This document shows positions 50,601 to 61,504 of a DNA stretch of 64,000 nucleotides, one piece after another. The stretch comes from Balanoglossus misakiensis (lineage: Eukaryota; Animalia; Hemichordata), in NCBI GenBank assembly GCA_040954595.2, contig CM082586.2:11563337-11627336 (forward strand), written 5' to 3'. The notes below the pieces were generated by a model, which did not search any database, was not told the DNA's origin, and saw only the letters and a program-made list of their open reading frames with translations. Made by a program: the position numbers and the translations under genes. The stretch's first letter is position 1; each line of letters begins with the position of its first letter.

Positions 50601-53460
50601 AGTTTGAATCCGCCTGATGTCATCAACTCATTGGCTTCATGGTAGTATTTCATGGCATTTTCTGCAGTATCAACTCCATCGATCACATTATCCACATAAA
50701 TATTATTTCCCAATCTGTCAGCGGTGGGAAGTTGACTATTGTTCTCTAAATGCGTCTTGATAACCGCATTGAGGATGAATGGGGAACAGACTGCTCCAAA
50801 CAAGACAGACTTAAACTGCAAAGTTATGAAGTCACTTTCTGGGTCGTTAATGTCCGACAGCCACAGAAATTTCGTGAATTTCCTCTCATCTTCTTCCAAC
50901 CGAATGTTCAGGAATGCTTTCTCAATGTCAGCTGTGAAAGCAATGTTATTGGCGCGGAATCACAGCAGAATCGCTGGCAGGTCATTTATTAATGACGGTC
51001 CAGTTTGCAAGCAATCATTCAAACTTGGATAATTAGAATCCTTCTTACAAGAGCAATCATAAACGATGCGAATGGGTGTTGTGGTCGAATTCTTAACCAC
51101 CGGACGATGTAGCAAATAGTGTCCGATATTCACGTCATCTTCGTCAACCTCTCCGATGAAGTCGCGACGTCTCTGTTCATTGATTATGTCGTCATATTTC
51201 TTGATGAGTTCAGAGGGTAACCTGCGTATCATATTACGCGTGCGTTTCATGGCGACATCGTAGTTGGTGGGTAGTGGAGGGTGATCTTCCTTCCACGGTA
51301 GTTTAGCTACATATTTTCCTCGGTCAACTCTCAAGTGCGTGTCTCTGTAAGACTCGTACGTCAACTGTTCATCAACTGTTGGATTGTCCTGAATACCGAT
51401 CAATTCAAAGTCCCACATATTTTGGACCTGTGGTTCTCGGCCGATCGCAGTACTATACATCGGTGTATACATGTCCGTTGCGCGATCTCCATGCAGTCCG
51501 TTGATAGAGTTCTCTGAAACTATCAGCAGTAGAAATCACGTGTAAGATATGCGCATTAGAATCCACTTTGGGAGTTCCGAGGGGTCCGGAGAGTAAGTAT
51601 CCAAATTTGGATGACACAGCAGTGGGGCCGGACGCGCCAGAAATAACGTGTGAGCCCACGAAATTCCAATATTGGTCGGCTCCGATTAGAACATCAATTG
51701 GCCACGACTGATCACTCGAAACTGGATGTGCGAATGGTAGCCCTTTCAGGTGGCTCATATTATGGACTTCCTGAGAAATGTGATTTGTTAAGTCCGACGA
51801 TATCTCTGGAATTATCATCGCGTGAATAGTTGAAGTATTCCCGTTCAGTTCATGAGCAGTTAGTTCGGTGAATCCCATGGTGCGTACTTTGGAGTCCTTG
51901 CCACCGAAGGTCGATAACTTTATGTGTTCGTGCCGCGTAGCTTTCGCGGACAGCTGACGGGCGAATCTCTCAGTGACGAATGTCTTATTTGCTCCTTCAT
52001 CAAACAGGATGACGGCATGAATGGGGGCTCCCCGTCCGACAGACAGTGGTACAAACGCAGTTTTCAGCAGCACTGGCCCAGTGTTTATCTTCTTATCCGT
52101 AAATGTATCGGTATTAGTCAATGTTACTTTGACATCAGAAGTACTTGATGATGGCGATGGCGAGGACGACGCTCCGGTTGGCGTCGTTGTAGCGGTGGGA
52201 ACGTCGTAGTGTAGCGCAGAGTGATGACGTTTCCTACACTTTCTGCAGGAGTATTTTGATTTACACTCCGCAACTCTATGTTTTCCAAAGCAATTAAAAC
52301 ATAGTCTGTCCTTCTTCACAATGTCCAGTCTCTCGCGTATCAGTTACCACAGTGCAATTTGACGCGAAGTGTGACCCTTTGCAGAACGGGCACGTTTTGA
52401 CAGGGGCACGAAACTTCTGTTTACCTGTCATCTGCGTTTTCGTGTGAAACGCGGTTATTTCCGGTTCTCTGGTAGTGGCCATTGTTATCTCGTCGACCCG
52501 GTTGCCGGCTTGAAGGGTGTTTATCTCGTGTTGAATGGCTTTTCGTAGATCTGCTAATGTCCACGCAGCATTACCATGTTTTCTTGCTATCTGCTCTCGA
52601 ATGTTAGGAGGTAATTTCTCCCGTATTATTGGAACCAAAAGTTCGCCGTATGTGGTTTCCTCCTTACCCAGCGACTGAAGACCTCGAACGTGATTTTCAA
52701 TCGAGTCGTAGAAATGCCTTAAACTTTGTACGTCGGCGGTTGGGCTTTGTAGATTCCACAACGCTGTCATATGAGCATCTACTATGAGATGGGTTTGTCC
52801 GTATCTTTCGGTCAATAAGTCAATCGCGTGCGTGAGTGGCAATCCGTTGATTGTTCTCGCTGCTTCATCTTTGAGTACACTCCGCAAATACGTAAACTTC
52901 TGAATGTTGTCCAAATTAGTGTCCGAAGGTATCGAAGACTTGAATACATCGAAGAAACTCGACCATTCTATTACATTGCCTGAGAAAGTTTGCAGCTGGA
53001 GTTTCGGTAGAGTTACTGTTTTACGAGGCGTCGCGTTGCCGAGGCTGCTTCCCGTTACATTACCAGTACTAGTAGTAGTTGTCCGCATCTCCGATTTGTT
53101 TTTCTTGATGAAAGATGCGATGCGATGATTGTGTTCGAAGATTTCGGCCTGGTAGTCGCCTGAAGTTTCATTTTCTTCGTCAAAGTGTTCATCGTCAATT
53201 AGATCGAGGATTCTCACCTCGAGGTCGGCGAGTAGACGGATCTTGTTCTAAAGTTGTTCGTTCAGCCCTTCCAGCGTGTCGAGTGTAGTCGGCTTGTCTG
53301 TACCGACGTCTACGAAATTGTTCATGAGGGTGTCGGCCCTGTTGAACAGTCGGGTCACTTGTGCGCGTTGACCACGACGCGATCTCTTCAGTTTTGTCAA
53401 CGCTGTTGGCTGATCCTCTTGTTGTCCATCTTGTGGCGCGATGTGTTCTTGTTCCGACAT
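47692..53460 (-). pseudogene. gag-pol: BEL/Pao gag-pol polyprotein, disrupted by several stops and frameshifts
   Basis: Starts MSEQEHIA. Motifs: LPKLQLQTFSG (DUF1759-like), three Cys/His knuckles (CPFCKGSHFASNC, CFNCFGKHRVAEC, CRKCRKRHHSALH), protease ILFDEGA, RT IYVDN, RNase H FADAS, integrase GVDFTG/SDNA/WER. Split across at least 6 ORFs. Confidence 0.95.
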
Positions 53461-53471
53461 CTTGCTCTGTT

Positions 53472-53489
53472 ATACTGGTCTCGGCACCA
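53472..53489 (-). promoter_or_regulatory. Primer-binding site of BEL #2 (tRNA-His-like)
   Basis: TGGTGCCGAGACCAGTAT lies 4 nt downstream of the 5' LTR and is 17/18 identical to the PBS at 12878. Confidence 0.85.
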
Positions 53490-53493
53490 AAAA

Positions 53494-53829
53494 TGTGGGG
53501 AAGTATCGTGGCAGTGATCAATACTCCCGGGAGGGGGTTCGAGTATACTGACGTCGGAAAAGAAGCGAACGATTCAGTGCTAGGTAAAACACTGGTTTAT
53601 TACCATCTGAATCCAACAACAAAGTAACACCACAGAGCTCCTTACAAAAAGCTGCCGGAAAGCGCCAAAACTGGGTTATATATAAGTCCCACGAACGCCG
53701 GAGCAAACACTCAAAAATTACAATAAATCTGCTACAAGTATAAAGTTTGGCGGGAAACAAAGTCAACTCTGATAGGATAAGAGTTTCCGTCACGTGATCC
53801 TTCTGGAGTAAATCTCTCACTTCTCCATA
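53494..53829 (-). repeat. 5' LTR of BEL #2
   Basis: 336-bp direct repeat of 47185-47520, followed by PBS and gag ATG in element orientation. Confidence 0.97.
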
Positions 53830-56800
53830 CAAATTGTGGCTAAAATTGTTATTTTCGTGTTGAATGCCGCCAGTGTCACTGCTTTTAAAAGTCATAAAAA
53901 CGTTTAACATACAAGCAATTGTTTATATATGATCAGGTCACCGAATTAAAAAAAATAAAGAATGTTTTGCCTAAAAATGACCTTTTTGGTGCAAAAACGA
54001 ATAAAACGCAATTTTGTATTAAATCAGCTCATTCAGAGTGCATTTTTTATAATCAGCACCATTTTTACATATGATGGAAATTTCATACATCATCAGATAT
54101 CCAAATATGAAAAAATGATTTAGATTTTAGATGATTGTCCAAAATTAGCTGATATCTAATAAATGTAGTATTGAACCGTTCTGTCCCCCCCCCCTACATT
54201 ATATGCGGTACGCCGATGTCAGCTTACCCGGCAGTACTGCAGGCTGTGCCCCCAACTAACGTCAGTGTTTGAAACGCCCTGGTTAAATTCGGGCTTTCTC
54301 TATAAATTGACAGGCAATATTGCGGTCCTACCCGAACAAATGTCAAGTGTTGAACCGCTGTGACTTTCCCTTTTCGGTTTGCCCGACTTAGCCAACGTCT
54401 TTGTACTAGAGTGTCGGGTCTTTTGCAGAGCCAGGCCGAAGGAAATCCGACTTGATCACCGTTGCTAACGAACGCTAGTGTCTGTCATGGTGTGCCGGGG
54501 TTTTAGTCGAGCCAGGCCGTAGGAGATCTGACTTGATCATCGTGGTCAATGTACGCGTGTTTCCGCTCTAAAGTGCCGGGGCTTCAGCTAAACCAGGCCG
54601 TAGGAAATCCGACGTAATCACCGTTGATAACTTACGCCAGTCTGTGTCATATAGAGCCGGTGCACCAGCCGAGTCACGCCGTAGGAAATCTGACTTGATC
54701 AACGTGGTCAATGTACGCCTGTTTCTGCACTAGAGTGCCGGGGCTTTAGCTGAGCCAGGCCATAGGAAACCCGACGTGATTACCGTTGTTAACTTACGCC
54801 AGTCTGTGTCCTATATATAGTGCCGGGGCATCAGCCGTGCCAGGCCGAAGGAAATGTGAGTAGATCAACGTGGTCTCTGTACGCATGTTTCTGCTCTAGA
54901 GTGCCAGGGCTTTAGCCAAGCCATGCCGTAGGAAATCTGACTTGATCAACGTTGCTAACGAACGCTAGTGTCTGTCATAGTAAGCCTGTGTTTTAGTCGA
55001 GCCAAGCCGTAGGAGATCAGACTTGATCAACGTGGTCTCTGTACGCGTGTTTCTGCTCTAGAGTGCCGGGGCTTTATCCAAGCCATGCCGTAGAAAATCT
55101 GACTTGATCACCGTTGCTAACGTACGCTAGTGTCTGTCATATTGTGACGGAGATTTAGCCGAGCCATGCCTTAGAAAAATCGACTTGTTGAACGTTACCA
55201 GTGTGCAACTGTTTCTGCTCTAGAGTGTCAGGGTTTTAGCCGACTTATGCTGTAGGACATCTGAGTTGATGAATGGGAATTCAATGTTAGAAAACCCATG
55301 TGGAAAGTATCTCTACCCGTTTGAAACTAAGAAAAGAATTTATTCTTATTTATTTTGTAAAAAAGACAATTTTTCGAAAAACAGTCGAAAATTGTAATTT
55401 TGTCTTGTGTGATTCAAATTATACCGCCTTTTCTGGAATTTGCAGCACTTTTTACAAGAGAACGACACTTCATGCTCCATAATATTTCCGAAAATGAAGA
55501 AAAGAGTTAATTTTTTATGATTTTTTAAAAATTTACCATTTTTGTCAAAATATGGCCAAAATGGCTATTTTTTCTTGAATTCCGTCAATATCTCAGCATT
55601 TTTGGAGTGGTCGAAACTTTTAACATCCAATCAACATGTCATATATAATCAGGGCACCGAATTCGAAGAACAAATAAAGCTTTTTTTAATTGTTTTTCTA
55701 AAAATGACATTTTCAAGCAAAATTTGATAACATGCAATTTTGTCTGCAGTGAGCCAAATAAGACTGTCTTTTGTGGAAATTGTATCGATATATACATACG
55801 AATGGCATTCTATACTCCATCAGATTACCGAAAATGTAGGAAACATTTATTTTTCGTAATTTTCAAAAATTTACCATTTTTGACCAAAATGTGGCTAAAA
55901 TGGTTATTTTCGTGTTGAATGCCGCCAGTGTCACTGCTTTTAAAAGTCATAAAAACTTTTAACATACAAGCAATTGTTTATATATGATCAGGTCACCGAA
56001 TTAAAAAATAAAGAATGTTTTGCCTAAAAATGACCTTTTTGGTGCAATAACGAATAAAACGCAATTTTGTATTTAATCAGCTCATTCACAGTGCATTTTT
56101 TATAATCAGCACCATTTTTACATATAATGGAAATTTCATACATCATCAGATATCCAAATATGAAAAAATGATTTAGATTTTAGATGATTGTCCAAAATTA
56201 GCTGATATCTAATAAATGTAGTATTGAACCGTTCTGTTCCCCCCCCCCCCCTACATTACATGCGGTACGCCGATGTCAGCTTACCCGGCAGTACTGCAGG
56301 CCGTGCCCCCAACTAACGTCGGTGTTTGAAACGCCCTGGTTAAATTCGGGCTTTCTCTATAAATTGACAGGCAATAATGCAGTCGTACCCGAACAAATGT
56401 CAAGTGTTGAACCGCTGTGACTTTCCCTCTTCGGTTTGCTCGACTTAGCCAACGTCTTTGTACTAGAGTGTCGGGTCTTTTGCAGAGCCAGGCCGAATGA
56501 AATCCGACTTGATCACCGTTGCTAACGAACGCTAGTGTCTGTCATGGTGTGCCGGGGTTTTAGTCGAGCCAGGCCGTAGGAGATCTGACTTGATCATCGT
56601 GGTCAATGTACGCGTGTTTCCGCTCTAAAGTGCCGGGGCTTCAGCTAAACCAGGCCGTAGGAAATCCGACGTAATCACCGTTGATAACTTACGCCAGTCT
56701 GTGTCATATAGAGCCGGTGCACCAGCCGAGTCACGCCGTAGGAAATCTGACTTGATCAACGTGGTCAATGTACGCCTGTTTCTGCTCTAGAGTGCAGGGG

Positions 56801-59250
56801 CTTCAGCTAAGCCAGGCCGTAGGAAACCCGACGTGATTACCGTTGTTAACTTACGCCAGTCTGTGTCCTATATATAGTGCCGGGGCATTAGCCGTGCCAG
56901 GCCGAAGGAAATGTGAGTAGATCAACGTGGTCTCTGTAGGCGTGTTTCTGCTCTAGAGTGCCAGGGCTTTAGCCAAGCCATGCCGTAGGAAATCTGACTT
57001 GATCAACATTGCTAACGAACGCTAGTGTCTGTCATGGTGTGCCGGGGTTTTAGTCGAGCCAGGCCGTAGGAGATCTGACTTGATCATCGTGGTCAATGTA
57101 CGCGTGTTTCCGCTCTAAAGTGCCGGGGCTTCAGCTAAACCAGGCCGTAGGAAATCTGACTTGATCACAGTTGCTAACGTACGCTAGTGTCTGTCATATT
57201 GTGACGGAGATTTAGCCGAGCCAGGCCGTAGAAAAATCGACTTGTTCAACGTTACCAGTGTGCAACTGTTTCTGCTCTAGAGTGTCAGGGTTTTAGCCGA
57301 CTTATGCTGTAGGAAATCTGAGTTGATGAACGGGAATTCAATGTTAGAAAACCCGTGTGGAAAGTATCTCTACCCGTTTGAAACTAAGAAAAGAATTTAT
57401 TCTTATTTATTTTGTAAAAAAGACAATTTTTCGAAAAAAGTCGAAATTGGTAATTTTGTCTTGGGTGATTCAAATTTTACTGCCTTTCCTGGAATTTGCA
57501 GCACTTTTTACAAGAGAACGACACTTCATGCTTCATAATATTTCCGAAAATGAAGAAAAGAGTTAATTGTTTAATATTTTTCTAAAATTTACCATTTTTG
57601 TCAAAATATGGCCAAAATGGCTATTTTTTCTTAAATTCCGTCAATATCTCTGCATTTTTGGAGTGGTCGAAAGTTTTAACATACAATCAACATGTCATAT
57701 ATGATCAGGGCACCAAATTCGAAGAACAAAGGTTTTTTTTTTTTTTTTTCTAAAAATGACATTTTCAAGGTAAATTTGGTAAAACGCAATTTTGTCTGCA
57801 GTGAGCCATATTAGACTGTCTTTTTTGGAATTTGTATCGATATACACATACGAAGAGCATTCTATACTCCATCAGATTTCCGAAAATGTAGAAAACAGGT
57901 ATTTTTTGTAATTTTCAAAAATTTACCATTTTGACCAAATTGTGGCTAAAATGGTTATTTTCGTGTTGAATGCCGCCAGTGTCACTGCTTTTAAAAGTCA
58001 TAAAAACTTTTAACATACAAGCAATTGTTTATATATGATCAGGTCACCGAATTAAAAAAAATAAAGAATGTTTTGCCTAAAAATGACCTTTTTGGTGCAA
58101 AAACGAATAAAACGCAATTTTGTATTAAATCAGCTCATTCAGAGTGCATTTTTTATAATCAGCACCATTTTTACATATGATGGAAATTTCATACATCATC
58201 AGATATCCAAATATGAAAAAATGATTTAGATTTTAGATGATTGTCCAAAATTAGCTGATATCTAATAAATGTAGTATTGAACCGTTCTGTTCCCCCCCCC
58301 CCCTACATTATATGCGGTACGCCGATGTCAGCTTACCCGGCAGTACTGCAGGCTGTGCCCCCAACTAACGTCAGTGTTTGAAACGCCCTGGTTAAATTCG
58401 GGCTTTCTCTATAAATTTACAGGCAATAATGCGGTCCTACCCGAACAAATGTCAAGTGTTGAACCGCTGTGACTTTCCCTTTTCGGTTTGCCCGACTTAG
58501 CCAACGTCTTTGTACTAGAGTGTCGGGTCTTTTGCAGAGCCAGGCCGAAGGAAATCCGACTTGATCACCGTTGCTAACGAACGCTAGTGTCTGTCATGGT
58601 GTGCCGGGGTTTTAGTCGAGCCAGGCCGTAGGAGATCTGACTTGATCATCGTGGTCAATGTACGCGTGTTTCCGCTCTAAAGTGCCGGGGCTTCAGCTAA
58701 ACCAGGCCGTAGGAAATCCGACGTAATCACCGTTGATAACTTACGCCAGTCAGTGTCATATAGAGCCGGTGCACCAGCCGAGTCACGCCGTAGGAAATCT
58801 GACTTGATCAACGTGGTCAATGTACGCCTGTTTCTGCTCTAGAGTGCCAGGGCTTCAGCTGAGCCAGGCCGTAGGAAACCCGACGTGATTACCGTTGTTA
58901 ACTTACGCCAGTCTGTGTCCTATATATAGTGCCGGGGCATCAGCCGTGCCAGGCCGAAGGAAGTGTGAGTAGATCAACGTGGTCTCTGTACGCATGTTTC
59001 TGCTCTAGAGTGCCAGGGCTTTAGCCAAGCCATGCCGTAGGAAATCTGACTTGATCAACGTTGCTAACGAACGCTAGTGTCTGTCATAGTAAGCCTGTGT
59101 TTTAGTCGAGCCAAGCCGTAGGAGATCAGACTTGATCAACGTGGTCTCTGTACGCGTGTTTCTGCTCTAGAGTGCCGGGGCTTTATCCAAGCCATGCCGT
59201 AGAAAATCTGACTTGATCACCGTTGCTAACGTACGCTAGTGTCTGTCATA
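53830..59250 (+). repeat. 2.05-kb composite satellite, right segment (about 2.6 units, more diverged)
   Basis: Poly-C tracts at about 54185, 56238 and 58292. Same monomer order as the main array. Confidence 0.98.
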
Positions 59251-60689
59251 GTAGTCCTGTTTCATAAGTCAGGTCCATGACATATGTACCTACATCTGTG
59301 ATTGGTCCATCTGGTAATCTTAGGTCCACTTGCGGCACGCTGATTGGAGGGACCTTATGTGTTACGTCTTATTATTATGTATCATTCACTAGACCTTGTA
59401 GGTTAGGTCTTATTACTATGTATTATTCACTTTACAGCTCCCTGATTGGTTAATGTGTAGGTCTGGTCCTCCAGTGTTCACTGCCTCATTATGCAGGACC
59501 TTGTAGGTTAGGTCTTATTAATATGTATTTATTCAATTTTCAGCTCCCTGATTGGTTAATGTGTAGGTCTCCAGTTTTCACTGCCTCGTTATGCAAAGTT
59601 TTTTGTACTTTCTGAATACTGTTGTCGTATTCTGTCTGCCATGCTGCCTGTGCGTTGTCGAAGCTCGATCCCAGTGTATAAAGAAAGGCACTCGTATAAT
59701 GATTGGATTTCACCTTTTCCTTCACTATTCATGGCATTTTATGTGATACTGTGAACTAGATACTCGAAATAAAAATTGCCAGGAGAAATTTCGTATTTTA
59801 TTTCCAGTGGCGGTTTGTTGAAATGGGCTAGTGTTTTGTTACGTAATGCCTTTCAGCGCATCACTTCGTGTAACACCTGGCTGAATACGAAGTGTGTGCT
59901 ATTCATTCGAGCAAACCAAAAATATCTTACAATGGAAATGTTTAGAATAGCATTACTTATTTCACGAAGCTGCACCGTCATAGTTCAATTTTTATGAAAA
60001 CAATATACGAATGTATAAACGGACAACGTGCTCCTTATCACAACATCTTCGTCAAAACAAATTTACTTTAAAATAGTAAAACAACAATAATAATATTGAT
60101 GATGAGAAGTAGGAGGGTGATTAAAAAAATATACAACTGTTAGCAAAAATGCTTAGATGAGTTAATCAGATTTTCAAAGTCCATCTAAAAATCATTTAAT
60201 CTTTCCACGGTGCGGTTTATGTTGGAGATAGTATCAGTCAGGCAATTTCTCAGAAAATCAATGAATGATCTGCGGACATCCCGAATAATGTGTTACCACA
60301 ACGCTAGCCAGGAAGCACATGGGACATTTCACAATGAGGCAGTGAACACTGGGGGACCAGACTGACACGTTAACCAATCAGGGAGCTGTATGGTGAATAA
60401 ATACATATTAATAAGACCTAACCTACAAGGTCCTGTATAATGAGGCAGTGAACACATGTGGGACCAGACTGACACGTTAACCAATCAGGGAGCTGTATGG
60501 TGAATAAATACATATTAATAAGACCTAACCTACAAGGTCTAATGAATAATACATAGTAATAAGACCTAACCTACAAGGTCCCTCCAATCAGCGTGCCGCA
60601 AGTGGACCTTAGAGAAGCGGATAAACCAATCAGAACATGCAATACATGTGTATAGGACTTGTAATGTAGGTCATTTTGAAACAGGACTA
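59251..60689. mobile_element. Non-autonomous DNA element, about 1.44 kb, with imperfect TIRs of about 340 bp containing internal repeats of about 105 bp
   Basis: Interrupts satellite gtcata|ttgtgacgg. Termini are TAGTCCTGTTTCA and TGAAACAGGACTA. Arms 59252-59595 and 60330-60689 are reverse complements (e.g. aggtccacttgcggcacgctgattggagggacctt). The TSD is ambiguous. Confidence 0.9.
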
Positions 60690-60749
60690 TTGTGACGGAG
60701 ATTTAGCCAAGCCAGGCCCTAGAAAAATCGACTTGTTCAACGTTACCAG
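60690..60749 (+). repeat. Short satellite remnant between two insertions
   Basis: ttgtgacggagatttagcc...gttcaacgttaccag continues the unit that was interrupted at 59250. Confidence 0.92.
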
Positions 60750-61136
60750 TGTAGTAACCTCGATGTGCCGTCTCAAATGGCGCCCTAATTCACATCAAAG
60801 GCCACAGGGTTCTATAGTATTTGCCGTTAACTAACTGGAGCTCACCATCGCCGACGAACATTCCTTGTCAGATGTCACAGAAAACGCTGCTCGGAACTTT
60901 ACACGAACATTTAATGACTGAACACACAACACTGGCACTGGATGATGCGTCGCGGTGGTTGAAGTTTCCGTAGAAAACTGGCAAAAATCCCCAGGCTAAC
61001 TGTGCAAAAGTCCTCACATGTGCGCCATGGAATTTTCCAGATATTTTCTAAACAAAAGCGCATGCGCTAATGTACTCACAGCTCGAGGGCGCTAGACTAA
61101 ATATTTCAGTTTCTCTAAGAACTGGGCGTCCTTACA
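60750..61136 (-). repeat. 3' LTR of BEL #3 (387 bp, canonical TG...CA)
   Basis: In element orientation: PPT GGGGGCTGG, then TGTAAGG...CTACA at the satellite junction. Confidence 0.8.
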
Positions 61137-61504
61137 CCAGCCCCCAAATTGTTCATCAAAAAACATTAACAATTTCCATCCTAGCAAATTCAAAACGGCA
61201 ACATCCATATGTGCCGAAATTACATATCAAATAGAAATTACAAAACAATATCTATAAATATCTCGAAACGCGAAGTCGAAAGTTTTTCAGGAAACGCGAA
61301 TACAAGAATCCTTTTCTTCATGAATGTGATGATACATCCTAGACCATGCCCAGACCTCGTCCGGTCAATCATGCTGCCAAGCATGATATCCAACACATCT
61401 GTACTTCAAAGATAAGATCAAACGCTGGACGTAGTGGATAGACTGGCCACTACTTGAGATCGTTGTTATTACAGCTGCTGGTAACTGCAACCATACCAAT
61501 ACCA

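Larger units (their letters stand above)
47185..53829 (-). mobile_element. BEL/Pao LTR retrotransposon #2, full length (6645 bp), 5-bp TSD CAAAT
   Basis: Two 336-bp LTRs. CAAAT at 47180-47184 and 53830-53834 reconstitutes the satellite site gacCAAATtgtggc. PBS, gag-pol and PPT are present. Confidence 0.98.

Noticed and set aside
14012-57566. Recurrent 60-105 aa ORFs (MTTLIK.., MMNGNS.., MESIST.., MSKYGQ..) as a tandem gene family
   Set aside because: They are by-products of the satellite. They open and close with single-base indels in A/T runs and show no recognisable domain. The 27-codon period of the 81-mer is broken by stops.
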